A stretch of DNA of 64,000 nt from Dictyostelium discoideum. Its lineage: Eukaryota. Position 1 is the first letter of the stretch. Every line of letters starts with the position of its first letter. This document shows positions 1 through 14,741 of the stretch, piece by piece. A program made the position numbers and the translations under genes. The DNA lies in NCBI GenBank assembly GCA_000004695.1, contig CM000155.2, positions 2,880,001-2,944,000 on the forward strand, read 5' to 3'. The notes beneath the pieces are model-generated. The model was not told where the DNA came from. It saw only the letters and a list, made by a program, of their open reading frames with translations, and did no database searches.

Positions 1-254
1 TTTTTTTTTTTAATTACGTTTTTTTCACTTAATAATTCAAAATTCTATTTTTTTAATTTTTTCTTATTATTTTTTCTTAATTTTTTTTTTCATTATTTTA
101 TTTTCAATCACAATTTGCGCATTTATTATTATTATTTTTTATTTTTTTTAAATTATTGTTTTTTTTTTTTTTTTTTTTTTTTTTTGTTTTAATTTATTTA
201 TTTATTTAATTTATTTGTTTAATTTTATTTTTAACACAAAAAAAAAAAAAAAAA

Positions 255-387
255 ATGGGAGAATTCAAATTTCAACTAGTTACTTTATTAAAAAAAAACT
301 CTTTGCTAAAGGGTAAATCAAAAATAAAATTTATTGGGGAGATATTGGCTCCAATGATTGTAATTGGCATTTTATTTGGATTACTTT
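255..387 (+). CDS. ABCA-family ABC transporter, exon 1. It encodes a short cytosolic N-terminus and TM1.
   Basis: ATG at 255. The ORF reads [14 protein letters not shown]...IGILFGLL, ending at donor t|GTATGT (388). Downstream is the poly-Leu/poly-Lys read-through typical of a Dictyostelium intron. The acceptor sits after the poly(A) at 498-499. Confidence 0.5.
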
Positions 388-390
388 GTA

Positions 391-432
<42 letters not shown>

Positions 433-460
433 AAATATATTCATTTTCTAATTTATTTCC

Positions 461-499
<39 letters not shown>

Positions 500-500
<1 letters not shown>

Positions 501-688
501 TTTATCTGCTATAATTCAACCAGATTTTTCACCAAGATATGCTAGTGGTTTTACAGAGGTTGTTGGTAGGTTAAAGAAATTGTTGGTTGCAACTAATGGT
601 CCTTTGGTTCCATATCAACAAACTATTGTAAATAATTTAAGGAAACAAATTAAGCTGGCTCATCCCGATTATACAAACGAATATATTG
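500..688 (+). CDS. ABCA-family ABC transporter, exon 2
   Basis: The frame continues [27 protein letters not shown]...[10 protein letters not shown], ending at donor g|GTAATT (689). Confidence 0.5.
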
Positions 689-806
689 GTAATTTATTAT
701 TATTTATTTATTAATAATATTATAATATATATTTTTAAAATATTAATTTATTTTAATTATTATTATTTATTATTATTGTTTTTTTTTTTTTTTTTTTTTT
801 TTATAG

Positions 807-866
807 ACCAATGCTTTGAAATATTTCAAGATTTTGAATCAATGCAAGGTTATTTTCTTGATCCAG
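807..866 (+). CDS. ABCA-family ABC transporter, exon 3
   Basis: Acceptor is ttttttatag (806). The exon reads [21 protein letters not shown], ending at donor GTTAGT (867). Confidence 0.5.
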
Positions 867-951
867 GTTAGTATTTTTATTTTTTTGTTTTTAATTTTTT
901 AAAATTCTCAACTTATTAATTTTTTATTATTTTTTATTTTTTTTTTTTTAG

Positions 952-2209
952 AAAATTATAGAGGAGTAATGGGAGGATTATGGTTTGATGAAAATGATTA
1001 TCGTTATAATGCACCAAAAGTTTTAAAGTATAGTATTAGTGTTGATGCAGATTATACAAATGATAATAATATACAAATTTCTCCAAGATCAGATTCACAA
1101 ATTTATCTTAGACATTATTTTACACAAATTCAAACAGCAGTTGATCAAGCAATTTTTATGGCACAAAATGTTGAAATACCAATGGTTGTAACTGGACAAA
1201 GATTTCCAAACCCTTATATACATTTATGGCAAACTTGGACCGATGGTAGAAATATGATTTTAAAAGAAACTGGTGGTATTTTTATAACTGCAGCTATATT
1301 CGTTGGTTTATTTACAACAATTACAAATATGGTAATGGAAAAAGAGTCAAAGATTCTCGAAGCAATGAAAATCATGGGATTACATTCACTTCCATATTAT
1401 GTTTCAATTGCAATTTCATCATGTTATACAATTATTCCATCAACGATAATTGTAATTGTAGTATTAAAAGGTTCACAATTAATTTGGACAACACAATGGT
1501 ATATTTTAACGATAATTTTAATACTATTTTCAATTTCATTGATTTTATTGGCATTTATTTTATCAAAATTTTTCAATCGTTCAAAATTTGCAGGTCTTGT
1601 TTGTTTTTTAATTGTTTTAATTATGGCAGGAATTGGTATTGCTGTAAATCATATCAATGTTTCAACTACCGTTAAATTAATTTTTTGTTTACTTTCACCG
1701 GTTGCAATCTCTTTAGCAAATTATTCAATGTCAATGAAAGATTTAGAATTAGTAAAAATTGTTAATCCAGATTGGTCAATTATCGTCTCAGAAAATCAAG
1801 TAATTGGTATGTTAATTTTAGATGTAGTTTTATATGCTGCATTAGTTTGGTATATTGATAATATTATCTCTGGTGAATTTGGTCAATCAAAACCATTTTA
1901 TTTCTTTTTAACTAAAAGTTATTGGTGTAAGAAAAATGCCAATGAAAATGATTTGGTCGATTTATCAAAAGCAATTGAATCACCTTTATATTTAAGAAAA
2001 AAGGATTTAGATTATAATAATAGTCAAGATTTTGAATTAAATGAAATTCATTCAAGTAAAGCAACAATCCAAATTAGAAAATTAAGAAAAGAATTTAAAA
2101 CTGGTGATGGTAAAAGAGTTGCTGTTGATGATCTTTCAATTGATATGTATCAAGATAGAATTCATTGTTTTTTAGGCCCAAATGGTTCTGGTAAATCAAC
2201 TACAATTGG
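952..2209 (+). CDS. ABCA-family ABC transporter, exon 4. It covers the large extracellular loop, TMD1 and the start of NBD1.
   Basis: Acceptor is tttttttttag (951). A 414-aa ORF contains multiple TM helices and ends in Walker [13 protein letters not shown]. Donor is gg|GTAATT (2210). Confidence 0.8.
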
Positions 2210-2305
2210 GTAATTTATTTTTATTATTATTATTAAAAAATTATATATAATTATTTATTTTATTAATTTTTTATTTATTTATTTATTTATTATTTTTTTA
2301 AATAG

Positions 2306-5300
2306 AATGTTAACTGGATTAATAACATGTACTAGAGGTAGTGCATTAATTAATGGATTGGATATTAATCAAAACATTGATTTAATTAGAAAGAATATTG
2401 GTGTTGTTTTACAACAAGATATTATTTGGGATAATTTAACAGTATTAGAACATTTAATATTTTATGCACAATTAAAAGGTTATTCAAATTTAAAAGAAGC
2501 GAAAACCGAAGCAAAGAAAATGGGTATTGAAGTTGGTTTAGAATTAAAATTACATAATAAAGCTGGAACTTTATCAGGTGGTCAAAAAAGAAAATTATGT
2601 CTTGGTATTGCATTTATTGGTCCAAATTCAAATATTCTTTTCCTTGATGAAGTTTCAAGTGGTTTAGATCCATTATCAAGATCAGAGGTTCAAGATTTTA
2701 TAATTAGTAAAAAAAAAGGTAAAACAATTATACTTTCAACTCATTATATGGATGAAGCAGATTTACTTGGTGATACAATATCAATTATTGCACATGGTAA
2801 ATTAAAATGTAATGGTTCACCATTATTTTTAAAGAATAGATTTGGTGTTGGTTATTTATTAACAATAACAAAGAAATCCACTGAATTTAATAAGGATTCT
2901 GTTATGGAAATTACAAATAAATATATAAAACAAGCACATATTTTATCAGATGCAGGTACAGAGCTTAGTATTAGATTACCAATGGAATCATTACCAATGT
3001 TTTCACAATATTTTAAACATTTAGAAGATTGTAAAAATCAACTTTTAATTGATAGTTATGGTATTTCAATTTCGACATTGGAAGAGGTATTCTTAAAGAT
3101 TGGTCAAGAAACATTAAAATCAACACCAAATTTCAATGATCCAGCAGTAAAAGAAGCATTATCAACCAAAAGTAGTGGAGTTAAAGTTGGTCAACAATTA
3201 AAAGGTTTATTAATAAAACGTATTTGTACAACTAAAAAAGATTTTAAATCATTTATGTTTTCAATAGTTGTACCATTGATCATATTGGCTTTGGGATTGG
3301 TTATGTATAAAAATATGAGAACTATTGAAACATTTAATGATGTTACAACACCATTAACATTTTCAATTGATGATTATGGTGATAATATTTATGTTCCATG
3401 GTCAATTTCTGGTCAAAATCAAGCTATTGATTTAAGAATTAAAAATTCAATTGGTAAATCAAATCATTCAAAATTATTACCAGCTGATGAGCTAGAAGAT
3501 TATTTAACATTAAATTATGAAGGTAATCCAGGTGCATTTGCATTTGGTAAAACCATTATAGAAGATATTGAAATGTTAAGTTTTAAAGTTTATTATAATA
3601 GAGATTATTTACATGCACTTCCAATTTATATAAATTTCGTTGATAATTTAATGCTTAGTAATTTAGGTGGAGTTGGTATTCAAACTACATCAAGACCATT
3701 TCAACATATTAAAAGTAAATTTGAATTAGCAACTGAAAAAATTAATTTTAGTGCAATTATTTTCTTTATAATTTTAACATTGGCCGCTTTTGCTTTGGTT
3801 GTTGCATCACATGCTGGTAATATCGCTCAAGAAAGAGCTGCACGTATTAAACGTTTACTTTATATATCAGGTTTAAAAAAATATGTTTATTGGTTATCAA
3901 ATTTAATTTGGGATTATGTTTTAACCTTTATAATGGTGATTTTCCTTGCAGTTGTAGTTGTAATTATTGATTCAAAATTTAGAAACCAATTCCCATTATT
4001 CATTTGTGCTTTGGTTTTATTCGTTACTGCAATTATACCTCTAAGTTATTTATTTTCTTATTGTTGGAGTTCACATGGTAAAGCAACTGGTTTTATATTT
4101 GGTATTCATTTTGGTATTGGTTTATTAATGACAGTTACATGTTTTATTCTTAGAATTTGGGTAATTAAAGATGATAATGATATTTTACAAACAATAACAG
4201 ATATTATCGATTTAGTATTCTTTTTCTTTTCACCATTTTATTGTTTCTCAAAAGTGATGGTAATTATTTCAAATTTCCCAGGTACAACTAGATTGGGTGA
4301 ATCTTATATTGCAAATTATTGGGGTATTAAATTTGGTTTACCACCAGTTTGCTTCCTCGCACTTCATACATTGGTTTGGACAATTTGGATTATGGTATTA
4401 GATTATTATCCAGAATTACGTGGTAAATATAGAAAAGGTAGAAATGAAAAATCATCACCACCACCTCCATCAGATGAAGATTCAGATGTGTCTCATGAAA
4501 GATCAAAAGTTTTATCATTTGAAACTTCAAATGATCCAATTATAATGCGTGATTTCTTTAAACTTTATAAAGGAAAAGGTAAAGCAAAAGATAATCTTGC
4601 AGTTTATAATACATCATTATCAATTCCAAAAGGTCAAACATTTGGCCTTTTAGGTTTAAATGGTGCTGGTAAATCAACCACACTTGGTTGTCTTAGTGGT
4701 GAAGTTATACCTTCTGGTGGTGAAATTTTTGTAAATGGTTTCAATATTCAAACTCAAAGATTAGATGCTCTTCGTAGTGTTGGTTTTTGTCATCAATATA
4801 ATAGTTTAATTGGTTTATTAAGTGCTCGTGAACAAATTAGACTTTATTGTAGAATTAAAGGTATTGAAGAGAGTAAAATCCAAGAAACAGTGGAAGCTTT
4901 TATAAAAATGATGGATCTAGGATCAATTGGTAATTCAAATGTCGCTGGTTATTCAGGTGGTAATAAAAGAAAAGTTGCTCTAAGTGTTGCAATCGTTGGT
5001 AATCCATCAGTTTGCTTTTTGGATGAAGTTAGTGCTGGTGTTGATCCAGTTGTTGCAAGATTCATGTGGAATGTTATCACTGAGTTGAAAAAAGATAAAG
5101 TTATCATTTTAACTACACACTCAATGTTGGAATGTTCAGCAGTATGTGATAGATTAACTATAATGAAATCAGGTAAAATGATGTGTCTTGGTTCAATTCA
5201 ACATATTAAAGATAAATTTGGTTCAGGTTATTCAATCGATGTTAAATTTAAAAAAGAATATCTTTTATCTGGTATAAATTTATTCCAAAAAGAATTACCA

Positions 5301-5540
5301 AATGCAAAATTAGTTGATCATCATGATTTATCCGCAAGTTTTGAATTACCAAATTCTTTAGATTCACCAATTCAATTATCAAAAATATTTTCAATTATTG
5401 AAAGAAATTTAAAACCAATTTTAAATGATTATTCTGTTGGTCAAACTTCAATTGATCATATATTTTTAAAATTAACAAATTTAAATCAACAAAAAATTAA
5501 AAATCAACAAAAAGAATCAATTGAAAATCATATAATTGAT

Positions 5541-5574
<34 letters not shown>

Positions 5575-5774
5575 GTTATTTAAAGAATCATAAAAAAACT
5601 ACAAGTAACAATAGTATATTAACCAATAATAGTACAACTAAAAATTTTGGTTCTTCAAACTTTTTAGATCTTGAATCAGATAATACATATTTAAATAATT
5701 TAAAATATTTAGAAGATGATGATTTTAACATTGAAATGCCACCATACCAAAATTCACTTAAAAAATCATTTTAA
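2306..5774 (+). CDS. ABCA-family ABC transporter, exon 5. It covers the rest of NBD1, TMD2, NBD2 and a Asn-rich C-tail.
   Basis: Acceptor is aaatag (2305). The join gives TTIG-MLTGL, the typical ABCA motif after Walker A. The ABC signature LSGGQKRKL, Walker [13 protein letters not shown], a second Walker [11 protein letters not shown], a second signature YSGGNKRKV and [10 protein letters not shown] are all present. TAA stop at 5772-5774. Confidence 0.85.
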
Positions 5775-5889
5775 AAAAAAAAAAAAAAAAAAAGGGTTAT
5801 AAAAAATAAAAAGTTTATATTTTAAATAAAAAGCTTTATTTTATATTTTTTTTAGTTTTCAAAATTATTTATAGATATAGACCCACATC

Positions 5890-5920
<31 letters not shown>

Positions 5921-6334
5921 AAATTTAAATAACTAGATAATAAATAAATAATAAAATTAATTACTTAATTCAAAAAAAAAAAAAAAAAACCAACCAAAAA
6001 AATAAAAAAAGTGGACTAATTATTTTTTTTAATTTTTTTTAAAAGATATTTCAGGAGATATGGATAATTTTGGAAACCAATTTTTTTTTTTTTTTTTTTT
6101 ATAAAGGTGGGAATTATTTTTATTTAAATTTTTAAATTTTTTTTTATTAAGTTGGGAATTATTTTATTTTTTAAAAAAAAAAAAAAATATCTTCTTTAAA
6201 ATATCTTGATCAACTAAAAAAAAAAAAAATGCAAAACACAAAAAAAAAAAAATTCGAAAAACAAAAAAAAATCAAAAAAATCTTTTAAATATTTTTTTTT
6301 ACAAATAACCAAACAAGTCATAAAATTAGTAATT

Positions 6335-6795
6335 ATGAAAAAAGATTTTTTTCTTTTATTTATAATACATTTATTAATTTTTTTATGTAATTGTCAAACT
6401 AATATTCCTGGAGATTTTCCAAATTATTATTTAACAATTTTGGAAACAAGTTCAGAAGGAAATGGGACTTTCTCAGCATACCCTTCTGTTTCTAATCAGC
6501 AAATATGTACATTCAATTACAATGCATTGGTTCAACATCGAGTAATAGATGGTAACGTAAATACATTGGTATCATCATCGAATGAGATTAAAATAGTTCC
6601 AATGTCTAGCAGTGGTGATTGTAAACTATTTTCTTTAGTTGGTACTTTTAATACTGGTACATCTATTAGTATTAATTTGACTGCAAACTCTGAAGCAAAC
6701 TTTACAATTAATTATACTTGTAATGGTAATTTTTAATAATTTAAAATTTTAAAAGTAAATTAAATAATTTATTTTATTAATTTTATTTATTTTTA

Positions 6796-6848
<53 letters not shown>

Positions 6849-7573
6849 TTAAAATTTCGGAAATTGAAGTTGTAATTTTAAGACCATTTGTTGTTTATGA
6901 ACATCAAATGTTCCTTTCCTCATTTATGTTAAAAGGAATGGGTGGTCATATTTTTAATCAAATAGAAGTCCAAACAAAAGATTCTGGTGTAATGGGTTCT
7001 TATACAGATGTTGGAGGTTTTTTATTTATTTGGAACATATTCTATATAATTGATAATATTAATAATCCCTATTGGAATATAACAATTGCTTTAGGAAATG
7101 ATAATAAAACTATTTCATTTAAATCTCTTTATTCAGAATGTATGTATTAATTTTTAATTTTTAATTTTTTTTTTTTTTTTGAATTTATAATCTATTCTCT
7201 AATTTTAATTATTTTTTTTCAAAAAGATTCGTTTGAACAATTACCACAACAATTAAATGAGTTAATATTTTATCCAGAAAATTATAATAATCAAACTTAT
7301 TCACAATTTGGTTTTGGATCTAATCCATTTTTAACAACAAGTTTCAAAAGTGAAGTTTTTCCTCCATTTCAATTTCATTTTCAAACCTATGCTTACCCAA
7401 AACCTATTAAAGGATCAAAGAGTGAAATGGTTTTTGGTTTAGAATTTCTTGGTTCGAATGATCCATCTCATCCTTTTACCAATACCCTTATAATTCAAAA
7501 TAAAACATCGATAATTAATTCAACAATTGATTCAGTATGTAAAAGTAGGTTTATTTAATTTAATTTTCAAAAA

Positions 7574-7669
<96 letters not shown>

Positions 7670-8392
7670 TATAATTTTCTAGCTAACACTATAATATACC
7701 CAATAAGTCTTCCCACCTCCTTCTTTTCCAGAGGTTGGAAATAGAATTTTATTACAAGGAGAAGAAATTTTTAATTTTATTGTAACTAAATTAGAATATT
7801 ATTTTTCAGAATTTGAATTTAATTATAATGGAAAATCATTTATTAGAGGATTTCCTTATGGTTTTTATAGAGGTTCAAATGATAACCAAACACTTAGTTG
7901 TTCATTTAATAATCCATTATTCTTAAGTGACCCATCATTTAATTTGAAAATTATCAATGGAGACCAAATTGTTTTTAATTTTGATCCAATAGCAACAATT
8001 TGTAAGTTTTTACATTTTAAAACTACAAATCCAATTATTCCAATTATTTATTAACCATCTTATTTATTTAGGTAAAAGTATTAATACTCCACCAAGTATA
8101 ATAAGTTATAATTTTATACCAATTAATTCATTAACATGTTTATTAACTATAGAATTTAAATCTGATAATGGAGTTTATTCTATTAATGTTGGTCAAGAAA
8201 CATTTGGTTTGGAATCACTCACCAGTGGTAATTCAAGTATGGGTACTTTTGAATTTATTTTTAATATTATTTATTCACCAATTAATTTAAGAGTTACAGA
8301 TTCCTGTGGATTATTTTCATCTTTTAATCATGGTGATATTATTTCAATGTATCCTTTACTTCAATATAAAGTTCCAGACTATTTATTAAATA

Positions 8393-8429
<37 letters not shown>

Positions 8430-8885
8430 ATACAATAACTAATTTTTAAATCTTTTTTTTTTTTTTTTTAAAGAATTTTCATATGATACTTTTAATATAA
8501 CATTTGAAAAAAATGAAGTTAATTTATTAAATAAAACGGGGTATAATATTCTTTATATAGATGGAAATAATTTATCACGATATAATACATTAGGTATTTT
8601 ATTATATGATCAAGTTTCAGTCACCCTTTATGATCTAAATTTTATTGATAATGTAGTTCCTTGTGAATATAATGGTATAGAAAATAGATTTGAATGTAGA
8701 TTAATTATTCCAAAAAACAATATTTATGATTATATTAGATATGTACTTGTATTTGGATCAGGTAATAGATTAATGTATTCTGGTAATTTTCCGATATTCT
8801 CAACATTAAAAGTTAGTGATTCATGTAAGTAAATTCTGAATTACTTAAAAAAAAAATATATTGTTGTAAAAAAAATAAATATTAA

Positions 8886-8919
<34 letters not shown>

Positions 8920-11044
8920 ATTTGGATAATGATGGTCCAATTTTTAGTTTAATAGAAAAGATAGATGGTATTGATTTTGTATCAGGTATTAAACAAATTG
9001 GTTGGAATTTTACAATAACTGATGATTTAAATGGATTTGAAAAAGGATACATAAAAGTAATGGGTTCATTAGATAGTTCAACCTATGAATTTAATTTTAC
9101 ATCATTAGATTTTATTGAAGGAGATAAATGGAATGGAGTTTATTCATTATTAATAAATGTATCTTCAGCATGTTGTTCTCAAACTTTAACAATTACAAAT
9201 GTTATATTATATGATACAAATAATATCGTATCAAAATTTTCAATTTTTCCTAGAAAATCCTGGGCAGATACTCTTACAAATCCATTTAGAAATTATTATA
9301 AAAGTGGAATGAATATAACAAAGATCAATATATCTTGTGATATTGAATTATTTCCACAAGATGATTCAAATCCCGTAATATTATCAACATTTAACATTTC
9401 CACAAATATTTTAAATGTAATTGGTACAAATAGGGATGTAACAATTGATTTTTCAGTTATACCCTCAACATCAGGTTTAAAATTAGATCAATTACCAGTG
9501 GTTTATATTCATGCTAACCCAAATTCTTTAATTGATTGTAAATCAAAATTAAAAAGTCATAATCAAACATTAGTTGTTTATTCATGTACTATTGAAATTC
9601 CACTTGGATTTGGGTATCCTGGTAATTTATTATTTTCAATTTATGGATTCATTAATAATGCAGGTTTTTATAATGGAATTTTATCAGAAGATATTGAACT
9701 AATTGGAGCACTCAATTATATTTATACAACACTATCATTGGATGAACCAACAATCACTTCAACATCATACATTTATTCTGATACAACCCAATTTCAAATT
9801 TTTGGTAGAGGTTTATCTAAAAGTTTTAATGTTAATATTTATTATTCTACATATAATTTAACAGTACCTCCAAAACAAACTAATAGTTCATTTTTAACAA
9901 TAAATATTAAGCCATCAAAAGATCCATTTAAAATTCAAGTTGAAACATTAAATCATAAATCAAATATTTTTACAATTTATCCAATTTATTTTGATTTAGA
10001 TCGTAATGAAACAAATCCAACTCAATCACCAACTCCAACTCAATCACCAACTCCAACTCAATCTCAAAGTAATTTATGCAAAGGTAATCCTCAATGTGGT
10101 GGTCCAAACCAAGGAGTATGTAGTTTAAATGGTTGTATTTGTTTTTCACCTTGGATGGGTTCATCTTGTAATTCTCAAATTATAATTGTACCACAACCAA
10201 CAATTAATACAACAAGCCCATCAACTGTGATTCCAATACCTAATAATTCAACAGATTCATCAAGTTTATTATATAGTACATTAATTTCAATTGTATCATT
10301 AAGAGAATTAAATTTTAATGGTGGTCAAGAAAAAATATTTTATTTTGAAAAATGGATTTATTCAAATATTAATGATTATAAAAGTATTTATTTTACAACA
10401 ATCCCATCAGTAAATTCAAATATAACAGTAACATTAGAATGGTATAATTCAAGTTCAATTATTAAATTTGCAAATGAAACTTTTACAATGAACCCGTCAA
10501 GTATTAAATATACAATTGAAATTGATGGGTATCAATTTTCAAATAAATTAAATAGTCTTCAATTGGTTTTATCAGCATCATTAGAAACTAATAAAGAAGA
10601 TGTTTGTTCATCTAAAGAATTTTGGTCAACTGATACTACTAGTGATTATTTAAAAATTCAAATTGAAGATCATTCTCTTTACGGTAGATTTATTAAGAGG
10701 AATTGTCAATGGTAAACCAACAACTATATCAAATCAATTTTTAGATAAATTTCTTAATACAATTGATGAACCTTCATCAGTTCAATCATTCATTGGTATT
10801 ACAATTCCAAATTTTTCAAAAAATATTACCATTGACCCAGACTTTTCTGTTCTTTTTGATTATTCTAAAGATTCAAACTCAAATTGTTATTCAAATTCAA
10901 AACTATCAGGTTCTCAAATTGCCGGTATTATAATTGGTTCTGTATTGTTTGTAACAATAATAATAATATCAATTATCTATTACATTATTAAAAAAAGAAA
11001 ACAAAAAATATTTTTAAAAAATATTGGAGGTAAACTTCAAAAAA
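6335..11044 (+). CDS. Multi-exon gene for a secreted type-I transmembrane glycoprotein with an EGF-like Cys-rich module and a Ser/Pro/Thr linker. It may belong to the dictyostelid IPT/EGF adhesion-protein families.
   Basis: Exon 1 (6335-~6724) encodes the signal peptide MKKDFFLLFIIHLLIFLCNC. Further approximate exons lie at ~6870-7138, ~7226-7546, ~7732-8000, ~8071-8392, ~8474-8822 and ~8920-11044, each bounded by GTAAGT/GTATGT donors and t-rich..AG acceptors. The last exon carries QSPTPTQSPTPTQSQS, then CKGNPQCGGPNQGVCSLNGCICFSPWMGSSC (EGF-like), many N-glycosylation sequons, a C-terminal TM helix IAGIIIGSVLFVTIIIISIIYYII and a KKRKQK stop-transfer. The reading frame shifts by +1 between ~10657 and 10713 (see findings). 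The exon 1-2 connection is uncertain. Confidence 0.55.
7565..7672. repeat. (ATT)n microsatellite of about 36 units inside an intron of the glycoprotein gene
   Basis: A perfect run of attattatt... is present. Confidence 0.9.
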
Positions 11045-11270
11045 TAAATAAATAAAAATAATAAAAAAATAAAAATAAAAATAAAAATTAAATTAGCTTT
11101 GAAACTAATTGGGTTTATAGGTTTATTGATTTGTAATAATATTTTTAAATTTTTTATTCTATTTTTGTTTTGTTGAATGTTTTTTTTTTTTTTTTTTTTG
11201 TTCAGTTTGTTTTTATATATATTTTTTTTTTTTTTTTTTTTTAAAAAATAAACCATAATTTAATATAATT

Positions 11271-14200
11271 TTACATTTGTCTTGAAACTAATTCAGCATA
11301 GAAACCATTTTCAGCTAATAAAGTTTCATGAGTACCTAATTCAACTACTTTACCTTCTTTTACGACTACAATTAAATCAGCATCAATAACAGTTGATAAA
11401 CGATGAGCAATTACAATTGAAGTACGACCTTTAGAGACATTATCGAGTGCAACTTGTACTACTTTTTCAGAGACAGTATCTAAAGCAGATGTAGCCTCAT
11501 CTAATAATAAAACCTTTGGATTACGAATAATAGCACGAGCAATTGCAACACGTTGTTTTTGACCACCAGATAATTGAGTGAATTTATCACCTAATTGAGT
11601 ATGATAAGCATCTGGAAGTGATTCAATAAAAGTATGAGCATTTGCAGCTTTTGCAGCTTCAACAACTTCATCCATTGTTGCATCAGGTTTACCATAGATA
11701 ATATTTTCAAAGATTGTACCACTAAATAAGAAAGGTTCTTGACCAACTAAGCCCATATTACCTCTTAACCAATTCAAATTTAAATCTTTAATATTTACAC
11801 CATCAATAGTGATTGAACCTTGAGATGGATTATAAAAACGTTCAAGTAAAGAGATAACCGATGATTTACCACCACCACTATTGCCAACCAAAGCTACTTT
11901 TTTACCATGTGGAATGACTAAATTAAAACCTTGGAATACTGCTTTATTTGGACGTGATGGATAAGAGAATTTAATATCTTTAAATTCAATATCACCTTTG
12001 AACTCTGGTAAAGTTTGACCTTTATTTTCAAATGGATCAATTTCTGAAACTCTATCGATAAGACTAAAGATTGCTACGGCAGCTAATTTAGCTTTACCTA
12101 AATCTGGCATAAATGCCATTGATTGACCAACACCCATAGCAGACATAATAATTGCAAAGAATACTCTCATCATCATTGAAAAACCTTCAGTTGTAGTGAA
12201 AGATTTAATACAAGTAGCTTCATCGGTATAGCCAATATTAGCATATTCACCATTGTAACAATAAGTTTCTAAAGTTGATTCTTTTGCTGGCCATTCACCT
12301 GAATCTACTAATTTACCACCATACCAATAGGTGAGTGTATAAATAAAGAAGAGAGTACATTGTGAGAAACCAAAAGATAAACCACTAACATTTGATTTTC
12401 TAAAACTCATTTGAATTGGTTTTTGAAGACATTGACGGAACTTTTCCAAGATTTTATTTTCACAAGTGAATGAAGAAACTGTACGAATACCACCAATTGC
12501 TTCAGATGCAACTTGACCACATTCAGCATAAGCCTCTTTACCTTTTTGAGAGAAACCTTGGAAGAAATCCATTTCAACTTTACCTGCAAAACCAATTACA
12601 GGTACACATGCTAAAACCACCAAAGTTAATTTCCAACCACTAACAAATGCAATTACTAAACCAGCAACAATTGTAACAATATTTTGAATTAATAAACCAA
12701 GACGTTGTGAAGTCATACCTTGAACTAAAGTTGCTTCAGTTGCAAGATTTGCTGTTAATCTACCAGTTGAATTCTCTGTTAAATCAAACCAACCAATATC
12801 TTGTCTCATAATTGATTCAAATGATAATCTACGAAGATTAAATGTTAATTTCTCTCCAATGAATGTGAAACAATAAATTTGAATAAAGTTTGCCAAAGCT
12901 GCAACAACTGCCAATAAAATAAACCATAATGCCATATTTCTTGAACGACGAGTCAATTCATCAGTATCTTGTTCTTGGAAAATACCCAAAATCTCTGAAA
13001 AGATAATTGAAAATACTGGCATAATTGCACCATTTAATGTTGCACCAACCAAACCAATTAAGAAATGTGGCCAATCACCTCTACTCAATTTTAAGATACG
13101 ACCAATTGGTACAGATTTTTCTTGAGGTTTTTTTTCTTTCTTCTTTTTCTTTTTATTATCATTATCATTTACTAAACCAATGGTTGAAGTTTCTAAACTA
13201 TCGGCACCAATACTTTGAATTGATTTATCAATTGAAATACTACTTGGACCAATATTATTATTACTTTCATCTTTTGATGATTCTTTTGATTTCTTTTTCT
13301 TTTTTTTATCACCATCATCACCACCTTTTTGTTGTCTATTAACCAATTGAGTGTAAACACCATTTAAAGCATATAATTCTGGATGAGTACCAATTTCAAC
13401 GATTGCACCACCTTTAACTACAGCAATTTGATCAGCATCTTGAATTGTTGATAAACGATGAGCAATTACAATTGTGGTACGACCAATCATTAATTTTTCA
13501 ATTGATTGTTGTACTAATAATTCATTTTGAGAATCTAAAGCCGATGTGGCCTCATCTAATAATAGAATCTTTGGATCTTTAATCATTGCACGAGCAATTG
13601 CAATACGTTGTTTTTGACCACCAGACATTTGAACACCTTTTTCACCAACTTGAGTATCATAACCCTCTGGTAAAGCACTAATGAAATCATGAGCATTTGC
13701 GGTTTTACAAGCTTCAATAATTTGATCCATAGTTGCATTTTCATTACCATAACGTATATTTTCAGCGATTGAATTTGCAAATAACACTGGTTCTTGTGAT
13801 ACTAAACCAATATTTCTTCTTAGTGAATGAATATTAATCTCTTTAATATTTGTACCATCTAAATAAACTTCACCTTCATCTGGATCATAGAAACGTTCTA
13901 ATAAACCAATCACTGAAGATTTACCACCACCACTATCACCAACCAATGCAACGGTTGTACCTTTTTTAATGGTTAAATTGAAATTATTGAAAATTTTAAC
14001 ATCTGGACGTGATGGATAAGAGAATCCAATATTTCTATACTCTATATTACCTTGAACAGTTTCTTCAATTGATCTACCTTCAGTAGAGAATGGGTCGATT
14101 TTAGAGTTACGATCAACAACCTCATAGATTTTAAAAGCTGCACCTCTACCATTTGCAAATGATGCAACATTTGGACTTGCTTGACCTAATGCCATAGCAC

Positions 14201-14614
14201 CCATAATCACTGAAAAGAATACAGTTAATACATCACCACCTTGCCATGGTCTATCTGGTACTGGATTCCATTTTCTATCGACAATTAATTTACCACCATA
14301 CCAAAATGATAACGAATAAGTACCAAATAATACTAAAAATACTAAACCAATACCAATACCATTCATTATACCTTTCTTTGTACCAATATCTAATGCTTCC
14401 TTTAAACGTTCAGTATAACGTTTAACTTCAAATGGTTCACCTGAAAATGTTGAAACAGTTCTAATTGATCCAATCTTTTCTTCTGCAACACCACCAGCTT
14501 TTGCATATGCATCTTGACCTTTCTTTGTTAAATCTGCCATCATTTTTGTCATAAATGCTCCTGCTGCTGCAATTAATGGTGTTAATGCAAAAATTACTAA
14601 AGTTAATTGCCAAC
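11271..14614 (-). CDS. ABCB (MDR/P-glycoprotein-type) full transporter, last exon. It covers most of TMD1, NBD1, the linker, TMD2 and NBD2.
   Basis: A 1093-aa ORF. NBD1 carries GDSGGGKSS, LSGGQKQRIAIARA and ILLLDEATSALD. NBD2 carries GNSGGGKSS, LSGGQKQRVAIARA and VLLLDEATSALD. A lysine-rich linker lies between the halves. The acceptor on the minus strand is ttatag at ~14616-14615. The stop codon TAA is at 11271-11273 on the minus strand. Confidence 0.85.
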
Positions 14615-14741
14615 CTATAATATATTATAATAATAATAATAAAAAAAAAAAAAAAAAAAAAAATTATTGTTAATTTAATTGAAAAAAAAAATAAGAAAAG
14701 AAAAGAAATACAAAAAAATAAATAATAATTATAATTTTTAC

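Noticed and set aside
1421-2613. Short ORFs 1421-1675 (+) and 2422-2613 (-) inside the ABCA gene
   Set aside because: They are alternative-frame artefacts within a well-supported coding exon.
12407-13780. ORFs 12407-12595 (-), 13025-13342 (+) and 13583-13780 (-) inside the ABCB gene
   Set aside because: They are out-of-frame or antisense to the ABCB exon and have no independent support.
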